Source: Paraspadella gotoi
Taxonomy: Eukaryota > Animalia > Chaetognatha
DNA length: 64,000 bases
Assembly (NCBI GenBank): GCA_051294375.1
Contig: CM119271.1
Location: forward strand, 490,721-554,720
Direction of reading: 5' to 3'
The notes under the pieces were generated by a model, which did no database searches, was not told the origin of the DNA, and saw only the letters and a list, made by a program, of their open reading frames with translations. Of this stretch, positions 26,421-38,103 are shown piece after piece (position 1 is the first letter of the stretch; each line of letters opens with the position of its first letter). The position numbers and the translations under genes are program-made.

Positions 26421-26694
26421 TGACGTCAGTCGAATCCACGGATTCGGTTCTCGCGAAATCAACATCTCAATTCGTTCGTCGCTCGAACGCGTTCGAGTTT
26501 CGCCTCCGAGGAAGAGACTCCGAGTCTCAGTCGTCGGCGTCGACTTTTTAAAGAGACGCTACTTCCGGTTAGACGACGAGGACATCCGGTTGTTTCGCGC
26601 GACGTCAAAATTATTCTCGATTTACTTTTTTTTCTTGTTTTGAGTGACGTCACGCGGTCGCGAAATCTTTTTGGAATCGAATGACCATATTTGG
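26421..26694. promoter_or_regulatory. Candidate enhancer/promoter motif cluster upstream of YAP (CRE x2, ETS, CArG)
   Basis: TGACGTCA at 26421 and 26645, ACTTCCGG at 26561, CCATATTTGG at 26685, all within a CpG-rich patch flanked by GA repeats. Confidence 0.4.
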
Positions 26695-27002
26695 GATTTC
26701 GAATGAGAACGAGATGAGGCCAGAGAGAGAGAGAGAGAGAGATATGTCATGATCAACTCTGGGAAGAAAGAGAGAGAGATGGTTTTTTTGTAGCCAAGTT
26801 CAGTCGAGAAAAATAGGGCTCTCCGCTCTCTCTTACTCTGTCTCTCTCTTACTCTCTGTCTCTCTCTCTCTGGTTTTTGTCGTCGTCTTCTAAGAAGTGG
26901 AGGTCGTGCGTGTCTGGTGGGGGGGAGGAAGAGGAAGAGAAAGAGGAGGAAGAGAAGATGAGTTTAAGAAACGAGGAACCTAAAAACTCTGAAGGATGAG
27001 CA

Positions 27003-27034
<32 letters not shown>

Positions 27035-27861
27035 AGCTTTCGATCAGATCGATGTTTCTGGACGAAAGAAAAAAAAATTAAGTCGAAAAGATGGAAGAAA
27101 ATGGAAGAGAGAGAGAGAGATACAGAGAGAGAGAGAGAGACAGAGAAAAAATAAAAAAGTAAGAGAAAGAAGTAAAGAAAGAAAGTTAAAAAGAACTAAA
27201 AAAATAAATTAAAACAAAAACGAAATAAAAAAAGAGAAATAAAGGAAGCAAAAAAAAAGGAAGCGAAGAAATATCAAACTAAGCAGTATATTAAGCTAAA
27301 TAAGTAATGAAAGGAGAAAAGCAAAAAAGTTATATTATTCTTTCAATAACCGCATCCATTAACGTTCTGACAGTTATTACGGATAAAAAAGGCAAAAAGT
27401 GGAAATTGAAAAAGACATTTCTTTTCATCTTTCCTTCCTTCCTTCCTCTCTCTTCCTCTCTCTCTCTCTCTCTCCTACTATACAAAGTTTTACGAATTTG
27501 GTTCAGGCTCGGGACATGGCAGTGTTTTGGTTCGACCATGTCAAAATTGTTATCTCAACAATTATAAATTATGGCGTCCTTGCTCGTCTCATCGTTTTTG
27601 AAGTTAATATATGGGCAAAATTTATGAACGACTTTTTAGATTGCCATCAAGATTTATATATTTATATTAAAAACTGGAAGGTATCATAAAAAGAAAGCAG
27701 TGTTGCGTTAATTACATTAATTTTGTTTATCTTATTTTATTGATATTTTTGTTTTTTAGATAAATATTATAATAGTTACAGGAAATCGTCTACAATTACA
27801 TTATTACTTTAACCAGAGCTTTCTTACTTCAAAATAAAGTTAATAAGCTTCTCAAATTTTT

Positions 27862-28691
27862 AACAAGTTTGAGCAAACAATGACAGATCTGCCCACGATT
27901 ATTAGCGGTAAGCAGCTGATCAGATAATTAATTAATAAGTGGATAAAATTAATATTTATTAATTAATTGATTATTAAGTGGATAAAATTAATATTTATTA
28001 ATTAATAAATTAATTATTTTTTTTTATTCGTGTCTAAATCGTTTTCCACTTTATCTCGCCTCTCAATCACAAAACAACAATTTTGATCACAAAATTAATT
28101 AACTAATTAATTAATTACAAATAATTAAATTAATTAATTATTTATTAATAATTAATTACTGCAGCTTGAATTTACATTTAATAAAAAAATTTTTAAAAAA
28201 TAATCAAATAGATTATTTTTTCTATTTTAACTCATTTCCACTTGGACGATTCCATCGAAACTTTATTTCCTGCTCAATAACACACTTTCCTACCCACATA
28301 CACAATTTGAAGTCAATCGCCACATTCACCCATGAGTAATTGGCGTTAAAATAGTAAAATATATGTTTTTGTTTTTTCCATTTTAACTCATTTCCACTCG
28401 GACGATTCCAGCGAAACTCGATTTCCAGCTCAATCACACACTTTCTTACCCACACACAAAATTTCATTCCAATCCATCCATTAAATCACGAGTAATTGGT
28501 GTTTTTTGCTAAGGTGGGACGGACGGACTGACAGACAGACAGACGGACTTCATTTTTTTTACATAATTTATCATAATTCGATGTTCTGACATGATATAAT
28601 CGAGTGCCCGACAAGATTGAGGGGGCGTACCGACGGACCGACAAAGTGAATTATAGAGCCGGAATCTGCTGTATGCAGATCCGGCTAAAAA
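27862..28691 (-). mobile_element. DINE-1/HINE-like element
   Basis: Both termini, the GTCY microsatellite and the core are present; match to 62856-63530. Confidence 0.85.
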
Positions 28692-29071
28692 CAGAATATT
28701 TACTATTGAAAAAGAAGAAACGAGCAAAATCTACATGATAACTTGATAAGTGAATGCCGTCTGTTTAGCTTGCAACAAATTATTGATTTAAAATTTTAAA
28801 AACTTAATATTTCTCCCGTAATAAACGATTTTATTTTGGTCTTGTTTTATTTATTGTATATTTTTGTCTACTTTTATTTTTTTTTAAGTTTATCTATAAA
28901 TTAAGAGTAGTTATTGTTTGCCGAAAAACAAAGTTTGTAAACATTTAACAAATTATTCGTTTAAAACTAAATCGCTCGCTTTAGTAAATTAGTGAAATTA
29001 TAATATGACATTTTGGGACCTGTAAAAAAGAAAGAAAGAAAAAGAGAGAGAAAGAAAGAGAGAAAAACAGA

Positions 29072-29123
<52 letters not shown>

Positions 29124-29217
29124 AATGGCGGAATCGGGCAGCGAACTTCTCCAGGAAACGTCAACTTTTTTCGTCAAAGTTAGAAAAAGATAGACAGAAA
29201 TGAAAAAGAGATAGAAA

Positions 29218-29475
29218 AGTAGTCGGATATTCCATAGGTTCACCCCGCCTAGAAGCATGACACTTTCAGTTGTGACCCGGTGGCTCATTGAGTAAAGCTC
29301 ATGACCACTAAGTACCGGGTTCAATCACAACCCTGCGGGAAGCGTGAGGACGGCCGTAAGCAGCCTTGGGGGCATAGCAAACCCTCAAGCCTGGTTCCAA
29401 GCCCAGGGACCCGTTCCATGGCTGCTAGAGGGGGTTATAGAAGTCATCTTCAGCCCACGTAGCGCCTTATCCACA
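29218..29475 (+). mobile_element. Solo LTR, TRIM family A, 4-bp TSD GAAA
   Basis: aGTAGTCGG...CCTTATCCACA flanked by GAAA at 29214-29217 and 29476-29479; A box TGGCTCATTGAG and B box GGTTCAATCAC. Confidence 0.8.
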
Positions 29476-29821
29476 GAAAAAATAAGGAAATAAACAGAAG
29501 CTAGATAGAGATAGAAACAAGTAAGAAAGAAAGGAGAGGGAAATTAAAATAATGTTTTTTTTACGAATAAAAGAAATTTCAAGATTAATTTAGTCGGACG
29601 ATCAGTAAAGATTTATTGTGTCTGATTGTTTATTTACGCGTAAAGATTCGCTAATTAATATAATAAAGATAAACATATACGTATAGTTCGTGAACTTTAT
29701 TTGTTTAAAACAGGAAGAAATGATAATTGTTGGTTGTTTTTTTTAATTTAACGAAAATTCGTCCTGACATTTTTTTCTTTCTCTGTTCGTGAGTGTGGAC
29801 GACAACAGTGGCTCCTGGGCG

Positions 29822-29863
<42 letters not shown>

Positions 29864-29872
29864 AGAGAGAGA

Positions 29873-29950
<78 letters not shown>

Positions 29951-30158
29951 TTTAAAACCGGGATCGAGAGGAGAGATAGAGAGAGAGCGCGCCTCGGTTT
30001 GGATTTTCGATCGAGAACGAAGAAAGAGATGAAGAGAATGAACGGACGAAGAGCTGGGCACGCCTGTAAACGACGTCGAGTGAGAGAGAGAGAGAGAGAG
30101 AGAAACTTCCATGATTGCACTCAACTTCACTGAAAAGCGCACAAACACACACGAAAAC

Positions 30159-30206
<48 letters not shown>

Positions 30207-31016
30207 TTCCTCGTTCTGGCTAAGTTAAACCGAAAACTTTGACCGGGAGCTCGAAGTTAGCTCAGGCGGTAAGAAAAAGTTGCGTTAAAGATTTTAACTT
30301 AAGAAAAAATTTAAGTTTAGCCCGGACCAAATGATTTTCTGTTAGTTTATCCAAGTATCAATTCTATTACTTCTATTGTAGTGATTTTGTATGATTTCTA
30401 GACATTGATAGTCTTAGGGCCTTACGAATTTTGTTCATTTGTGAAGTTAGTAATATTAAACTTGATTTATCAAATGGTAATTACGAAGCTAAAAAAGGAG
30501 CGTTTTGAGCGCTAAAATTCAATTAGATCCGCTAATTAAATAATCGCCCTGTACTCTCTCTCTACCAAGTGAATAGAATTGTATTTTCAATATGAGGTTT
30601 TTATAGTTTTGGTTTTTATTCGCTAGGAGAAAATTTAAAAATAACTTGTAGTGCGCGCCATGATAAAAGGAATTCTCTTAAAAACTACATTAAAGATAGT
30701 ATATTCTATTTATATGTTTGATATAAAATTATAATAAAATATAGTCTTCCCTACAAAAGGTTGAAAAAACCTAATTTTTTTTTAGTAATGGCGGTCAAGG
30801 ATGGTAAGATCACTAACCGGTCTTATTAACATTTTTCACTTCGATTCACGATTCGTACGTCGGCCCAATCACCAAGATGATTAATTGTAAATGTAAAGTT
30901 GATTCGTAAAAGTTAAATATGACAAAAGCTGGTTTATTTGTTAATCTCGAATGTAAAGTGAAAAGAACGTCGTTATTTTTGGCAGCGAAACAGAAGTCGT
31001 TGTTTGTATTTATATT

Positions 31017-31887
31017 AACAAGTTTGAGCAAACAATGTCGGATCTGCGGTAAGCGGTAATCAGCTAATCAGATAATAAATCACAATAATTCTTTTAATTT
31101 GTGATCCTAACTGATCGTAACAGATCGTACTATACCAAACCAGTGGCTGCGCCAATACATGTAAATCGCTTGCAACGGATTAAACTGAACTGTTACTATG
31201 GTAGAAATAATTACAAATAAAGTACGATTAATTTTTTTAACTATTATTGTTTTTCCATTTGCATCATATTTTCCACTTGCATCATATTTTCTACTTGCAT
31301 CATTTTTTCAACTTTTATAATTTTTTCAACTCACATCATTTTTTCAATTTGCATCATTTTTTCAACGCGCATTATTTTTTCAACTCGCATCATTTTTTAA
31401 CCCGCATCATTTTTTAAACTCTCATATTTTTTTAAACTTGCATTATTTTTTAACTTGCATCATTTTTTAACCCGCACCATTTTGTCAATTTATCATTTTG
31501 TCAATTTGCATCTTTTTTTTAACTGGAAATATTTTATAAAAAAAAAGAGAGAGAGAGAGAATAATAATAAACTCATCTCCACTCGCACGATTCCATCGAA
31601 ACTTTAAATCCAGCTCAATCACAAACTTTGCTACCCTCACACAAAATTTCATTTCAATCCATCCATCCAATAACGAGTGATTGGAGTTTAATGCTAACGG
31701 GGGACGGACGGACGGACGGACGGACAGACAGACAGACGCACGGACGGACGGACTGATGGATGGACGGACGGACGGATGTTCTGACATGATTTAAGTGAGT
31801 GCCCGACAACTTTTTGGGGTGAGACCGACGGGCCGACAAAGTGGATTATAGAGTCGAAATCTGCTGATAAGCAGATCCGACTAAAAA
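31017..31887 (-). mobile_element. DINE-1/HINE-like element with internal ~19-bp minisatellite
   Basis: Both termini present; ACTTGCATCATTTTTT repeats at ~31255-31525. Confidence 0.85.
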
Positions 31888-32901
31888 GAATTGAATGACT
31901 TTATATGACATATACTTCATTCCTTATTTCATATTTAACATCTATATTCGTCGTGGCTTTAAACGACGCAAAAATGACAAACTTGGTTCTAACATCTTTT
32001 TCTTGTTCCTTTTCAAAAATAATGATTATTGATAATATTTTATAATATATTACAATAATATATTTTTTTGTTAGACTGAGTTCTACCCTAGATCTTGAAT
32101 AAAAGTTAATCTGCAACCAAATCCTAACCAAACCAAACCATAACATAACCCTAATCCATAACCTAATCTCTTTAAACCTAAACTTAATACCGAATTTGAG
32201 ATGAAATGAAGCGTTTCCGAAAAATAAAGCCAAAACTCTCCCTCTCACATTTTCTCGATGCGATCAAAGGAATCGAGCAAAGCAACATCGAACGGGATCT
32301 CTGTTTGTAAACAAAAGGTTCGATTTTGCTGATTGGCTGACATGAATCAGAGTCGGGTCATGTGACCAATCAATGAGTCCTAATCAAGTGGTTTGAGGGA
32401 AATAAATGAATGAGGTGAACAGTAAATAACTTCATATATTAATTAACAATAACTTACTTAATAACATGAAATTGGTACAACCAATATAAAAATTATCCAT
32501 TCATTTAATAAATAAGCTATCTTGCCCCTGACTTTGTACACTCTTACAAGATAATGACATAGCAGATCCCTGCAAGCTTTCAATCAAGACTCTCTCACAG
32601 TCTTGTTTATTCACTCCCAGAGTACCTGGCTTCCCTATCAATGAAGTGGTATAATATGATTGATCAATCGGTTGATTCTCATGTTCGGGTCATTCAGTAC
32701 AAATAATTATTACAAAGGAACTACTTTGCCATTTGTAATTGGTAATTGATTAGTAATTGATTGGTAATTGATTGGCTCAAAAACTAGATCAGTGATCGAT
32801 CGTCAGTGAAAGTTTTTTTTTAAAGTTAAAAAATCGACGAAAACTGACCTAATTTCTATTTTAGGGTTCTTTGTTGGTCCGATAAAGAAAGAGAAAGAGA
32901 A

Positions 32902-32973
<72 letters not shown>

Positions 32974-33058
32974 GTGTGTGTCTGTTTCCGGTGAGCGCAC
33001 CCTCTCACTCTCGCCTTCGATCTTTCATCATCCCCCATGGGGCGGCGGAAGCGGAAAT

Positions 33059-33108
<50 letters not shown>

Positions 33109-33239
33109 GAGAGAGAGGATTAGTGAGACGTAAAATTTCTATTTTTTCTGAGAAATAGTCTTAATTTATTCTTATGCTTCTTGAATTTTCAATCGATAAA
33201 TTTCCATAAAACTGTTGAGACAGTTGTGTTTTTGTCGTG

Positions 33240-33311
33240 GGGCCTGTGGCGCAACGGTAGCGCGTCTGACTCCAGATCAGAAGGTTGCGTGTTCGAATCA
33301 CGTCGGGCTCA
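33240..33311 (+). tRNA. tRNA-Trp (CCA)
   Basis: Cloverleaf with acceptor stem GGGCCTG/CGGGCTC, anticodon arm TCTGA-CT-CCA-GA-TCAGA, T loop TTCGAAT; followed by a TTTT terminator. Confidence 0.96.
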
Positions 33312-34099
33312 CTTTTAGATAAATAATGAATTTTTACAAATATTTACGGTTATATATATGGCGACTAACTAAAACGCAAATTAATTAAATTACCTCTGAG
33401 TTTTCTCAAAGATTCAAATTAGAAAATTTTTTTCGAGCCCAGAATCGGTTCCGAGAAAAATATATACTAGATAATGTTGATAAAAATACAAATATCGAAG
33501 CGAAATTTAGAATATGATCCTTGAGCTGAAATACGGGATCCTTGATGTATAAGGGGGAAAAAAAAAGTGGAAGTGAAGATTGCAATGTGGGCAAATCTCT
33601 GATTGGAGCGTCATCTGAAGGAAACTACCTACATAGTATTGTAAAAAAAACAAAGTAATTTATAAGCACATAAAGCATGTTGATTTATTTTTTTATTCAA
33701 AATTTAATTACAAAAGTCAAAAATTAAGTATAAGATTAGATTGCGTAATGAGCACAAAAATTTTTTTCGGTCGTAAATAAGACATATCACCATAACGTAA
33801 GCGTCTATTTAATAATTTTTTGTATGGGAAGAATAAACTAAAGAAAAACGTAAGATAAATATAAACATAAAGATGTAAAAAAACAAATAAAGGAAAATAT
33901 TAGAAGTGTGACAAGATAACGGGCAAAATTAATTACCCCATCGTTCCCTCTCTCTCTTTCACACTCTCTTTTCCTCCCTTCCTCTCTCTTTTTCTCCTTC
34001 CTCCTCATTTCCTTCTTCCCTCCCTCCTCTTCCTCACCTCCTCCCTCCCTTACTCTCTCTATCTTCTCCTTCCCTCTTTCCTCCCTCCCTTCCTCCCTC

Positions 34100-36245
34100 T
34101 CACTTTTTCATCTCCTCCTTCTCTTCCTCCCCCAACTTCCTCAACTCAGTCACGGGCCGTTGCGGCGACGACGACGAACACCCGCCCTCGTATTCCATCG
34201 TGACGTAGTCGTGACGCCACGCCAACGCCACGGCATCGCCCGGCGCCAACGCCTCGACGGTGGCGCGGTGTTCCGTCGTCATAGCGACGTCGGTGTCCTT
34301 GAGGGAAACGATGAAGACGTCGCTCTTCGGGTCTCCGTACTCGCCTTTCTTCTCGTAGGCGAGATATCTGGTTTCGGGAGATTGAGATGGGGATACAGAT
34401 GGGATAGTCGGGTGGGGATAGAGATGGGATAGTGAGGGAGGGGATAGAGATGGGATAGTGGGGGTTGGGTGGGATTGGATGGGGTGGGGTTTGAGAGCGA
34501 GATGGAGGAGAGGGTCATTTCGTCGTTAAAGCTTGGTATGAGGCTGAGTGAAATTTAATGCTGTCCACTGTCCACCTTAATATGCCTATTGTCAATAGTA
34601 TTGATTCAATGAGACCGATCGTAAAAGTTTAAAAATGTTTTAAAAAAATAAGAAATAATTAGAAACATGGATGGATGTTAATAATGTTATAATCTTGTAA
34701 TAGGGATAAAGGCCTGTCAAAAGAATGGGCGCAATGCAGCTTGTTTATTGAGTTAAAGAATAATTTTTATATTGGTTGTACCAATTTCGTAATATTAATA
34801 TTATAATTTTAGTGATTTATCATACAAAATAATTTAGTGATAGGGATTAAGGCCTGTCAAAAGAATGGGCGCAATGCAGCTTGTTTATTGAGTTAAAGAA
34901 TAATTTTTATATTGGTTGTACCAATTTCGTAATATTAATATTATAATTTTAGTGATTTATCATACAAAATAATTTAGTGATAGGGATAAAGGCCTGTCAA
35001 AAGAATGGGGCAATGCAGCTTGTTTATTGAGTTAAAGAATAATTTTTATATTGGTTGTACCAATTTCGTAATATTAATATTATAATTTTAGTGATTTATC
35101 ATACAAAATAATTTAGTGATAGGGATAAAGGCCTGTCAAAAGAATGGGGCAATGCAGCTTGTTTATTGAGTTTAAAGAATAATTTTTATATTGGTTTGTA
35201 CCAATTTCGTAATATTAATATTATAATTTTAGTGATTTATCATACAAAATAATTTAGTGATAGGGATTAAGGCCTGTCAAAAGAATGGGGCAATGCAGCT
35301 TGTTTATTGAGTTAAAGAATAATTTTTATATTGGTTGTACCAATTTCGTAATATTAATATTATAATTTTAGTGATTTATCATACAAAATAATTTAGTGAT
35401 TAGGGATAAAGGCCTGTCAAAAGAATGGGCAATGCAGCTTGTTTATTGAGTTAAAGAATAATTTTTATATTTTTATTTTTTTTTATTTTTATTTTTATAT
35501 TTTTATATTTTTATCCTCCGATCCGTTTCTACTTTGAGTAGGATTTGTTATTCTGCGATGGTACCAATTTCGTAATATTAATATTATAATTTTAGTGATT
35601 TATCATACAAAATAATTTTTTTTAAATTGGAATACGCCGTTCAGTGTCACTGTGGTGCAAGGGTTAGTCTCAAACATTTTCTTGGTAGAAAAACAATAAA
35701 TTCAACGGCAAACACAGCGAAAGATCAATTAAATATAAGTTCAATTAAATATAAGTTCAAGTAAATATAAACATTCTGCCCATAGTCAAAACTCCAAAGT
35801 GAGGAGGCCGTATCAATTTCACAAATTAGTACAAGTACAAATTCGTAATCTCATTATAATTCTAAGTAAGAATACTCAATATAACCTCATCTCGATTAAA
35901 AAGGGAAATTAAACTATTTGTATCAAATAAAGAGCACATCGGTCCGCGAACATTAACAAACCCCCTTCAAAAATGAGACGACGAGGGTGGGATTCGAACC
36001 CACGCGTGCAGAGCACATTGGATTAGCAGTCCAACGCCTTAACCGCTCGGCCACCTCGTCAGATGAGGTAAGGGGGACGACACTCACTTGAGAATCTTGA
36101 AGTTGGCGACGGCGCCGCCGTGTCCACAGTGATCGGGACACAGTGAAGTAAGGAAAAGACACTTTCGATCTTCGCGTCCCTCGAATTTGGCGAAAGTCGA
36201 ATGCGTCGACAACACGTCGCGCTTTTTCTCCACGCCGGAAGACAT
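34100..36245 (-). CDS. Uncharacterised 141-aa protein with C-x6-CPDxCGH and WxHDYVT motifs (isoform using exon 1a)
   Basis: Exon 1a 36245-36088 (ATG...AA|GTGAGT) plus exon 2 34367-34100 (CAG|A TAT...TGA) = 426 nt in frame; GC-rich coding-like composition. Confidence 0.8.
34696..35620. repeat. ~140-bp tandem repeat x6 built on the retroposon-like 3' end
   Basis: Units start at ~34701, 34841, 34981, 35120, 35261 and 35401; each carries TTTTATATTGGTTGTACCAATTTC, and the last is interrupted by ~80 bp. Confidence 0.9.
35979..36060 (-). tRNA. tRNA-Ser (GCT)
   Basis: GACGAGGTGGCCGAGCGGTTAAGGCGTTGGACTGCTAATCC..., long variable arm, GGTTCGAATCCC; 82 nt; intronic. Confidence 0.96.
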
Positions 36246-37147
36246 GACGACGACGACGACGATAAGGAATACGATCAAAATGACAATGAGGAGGTTTTAA
36301 GGACGACAACAAAGTTTGCCTTCTTTTTCTTTTTTTTAAAAACTGCAAAAAGTTTGACACAATCAAACGTTTTAAAAATAAGGAAATATATTTGGACAGT
36401 AAAAAAAATCTTTCAATGTCTGTTTTAGTTTTTCAAGCCCTCAAGTCGTCTTAAGGCTCGACGCTCCCCCCTTGGGATGGGACGCAGTACTTAAATAGTT
36501 TAGAAACAATGACCAAAAAGCCTGTTTATGTATCAACCTACACTACGGCGCAAAAAAAATATATCTATGAAAAATATAGCTCTTTTTAAGAGCTATCGAT
36601 TGGTGCAAAAAAAATTTGAATTGGTTCAGGCAGTAAAATATAGCAAGACTTTAAAGTCAGAGTCTCAAAATGGAATTGGGGAAAAATGGTTTCTAAAGGT
36701 TAGTATTGATGACACTTCTTTTTCTGACTGATGTTTTACAATATTATAAATTAACAAAATCATAATGGAATTAAACATATAAAAGGATTAACAATAAATT
36801 AGCATTATTTTTTATAAAAATATTTTTTAATTGCTACTAAATATGGCATTTTAATAATAAATATTGAAAACAATTAATTTTTAAAATATTAATTTTAAAT
36901 TTCAAAAAATAATTGAATGATAAAAATTTAAAAAATTAATTTTGCTCGATTTTAATAGGACTTGACCAATCGCTTTATCTTTTAAAAAGTTTCGTTTTAT
37001 GTTTGTATATCTCTGTTAAATTAATCCATCCAATATAGTTGCAGTGAATGCAGTTCAAAAACAGTAAATAATTCGAAGGTTCTACAGTCCTATGGCTATG
37101 CCAGCTACATTTATCAATTTCAAGTTCAATTTGTTTGTTTTTTTCAC

Positions 37148-37829
37148 TTAAAGGACGACTCACTTGAGGATCTTAAAGGACGACTCACTTGAGGATCTTA
37201 AAGGACGACTCACTTTGAGGATCTTAAAGGACGACTCACTTGAGGATCTTAAAGGACGACTCACTTGAGGATCTTAAAGGACGACTCACTTGAGGATCTT
37301 AAAGGACGACTCACTTGAGGATCTTAAAGGACGACTCACTTGAGGATCTAAAGGACGACTCACTTGAGGATCTTAAAGACGACTCACTTGAGGATCTTAA
37401 AGGACGACTCACTTGAGGATCTTAAAGGACGACTCACTTGAGGATCTTAAAGGACGACTCACTTGAGGATCTTAAAGGACGACTCACTTGAGGATCTTAA
37501 AGGACGACTCACTTGAGGATCTTAAAGGACGACTCACTTGAGGATCTTAAAGGACGACTCACTTGAGGATCTTAAAGGACGACTCACTTGAGGATCTTAA
37601 AGGACGACTCACTTGAGGATCTTAAAGACGACTCACTTGAGGATCTTAAAGGACGACTCACTTGAGGATCTTAAAGGACGACTCACTTGAGGATCTTAAA
37701 GGACGACTCACTTGAGGAATCTCAAAGGGACGACTCACTTGAGGATCTTGAAAGGACGAACTTGAGGATCTTAAAGGACCGACATCACTTGAGATCTTAA
37801 AGGACGACTCACTTGAGGATCTTAAAGGA
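37148..37829 (-). repeat. 25-bp minisatellite (~27 copies) containing the exon 1b end and its GTGAGT donor
   Basis: Minus-strand unit TTTAAGATCCTCAA|GTGAGTCGTCC. Confidence 0.95.
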
Positions 37830-37970
37830 GGCGACGGAGCCTCCGTGTCCGCATCGGTTCGGACACAACGAAGTTCGAAAGAAACACTTGCGATCTTCTT
37901 TCCCCTTGAATTTGGCCAAAGTCGAATGCACGGACAGAACGTCCCGCTTTTTCTCCACTCCGGACGACAT
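37813..37970 (-). CDS. Duplicated alternative first exon (1b) of the 141-aa protein gene
   Basis: 158 nt, same length and phase as exon 1a; MSSGVEKKRDVLSVHSTLAKFKGKEDRKCFFRTSLCPNRCGHGGSVASFKIL; no private exon 2 seen between the two copies. Confidence 0.75.
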
Positions 37971-38103
37971 GGCGATTGACGATGGGGTGTTGAAGAGTGG
38001 ACGAGGGGTGTTGAGTGGAGCCGAAGTTATTATGAGTAGCGAATAGAGGACCCGGACTATTAAGATTCTTTGATCGACTGTTTTAGGAATTACAATAGAA
38101 AAT

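Noticed and set aside
29705-30152. SLSL/ERER ORFs (also at ~16500, 29000 and 32900)
   Set aside because: Translations of AG/CT microsatellites.
37148-37829. CRISPR-like array
   Set aside because: Units are head-to-tail with no unique spacers, the context is eukaryotic and no cas genes are present.
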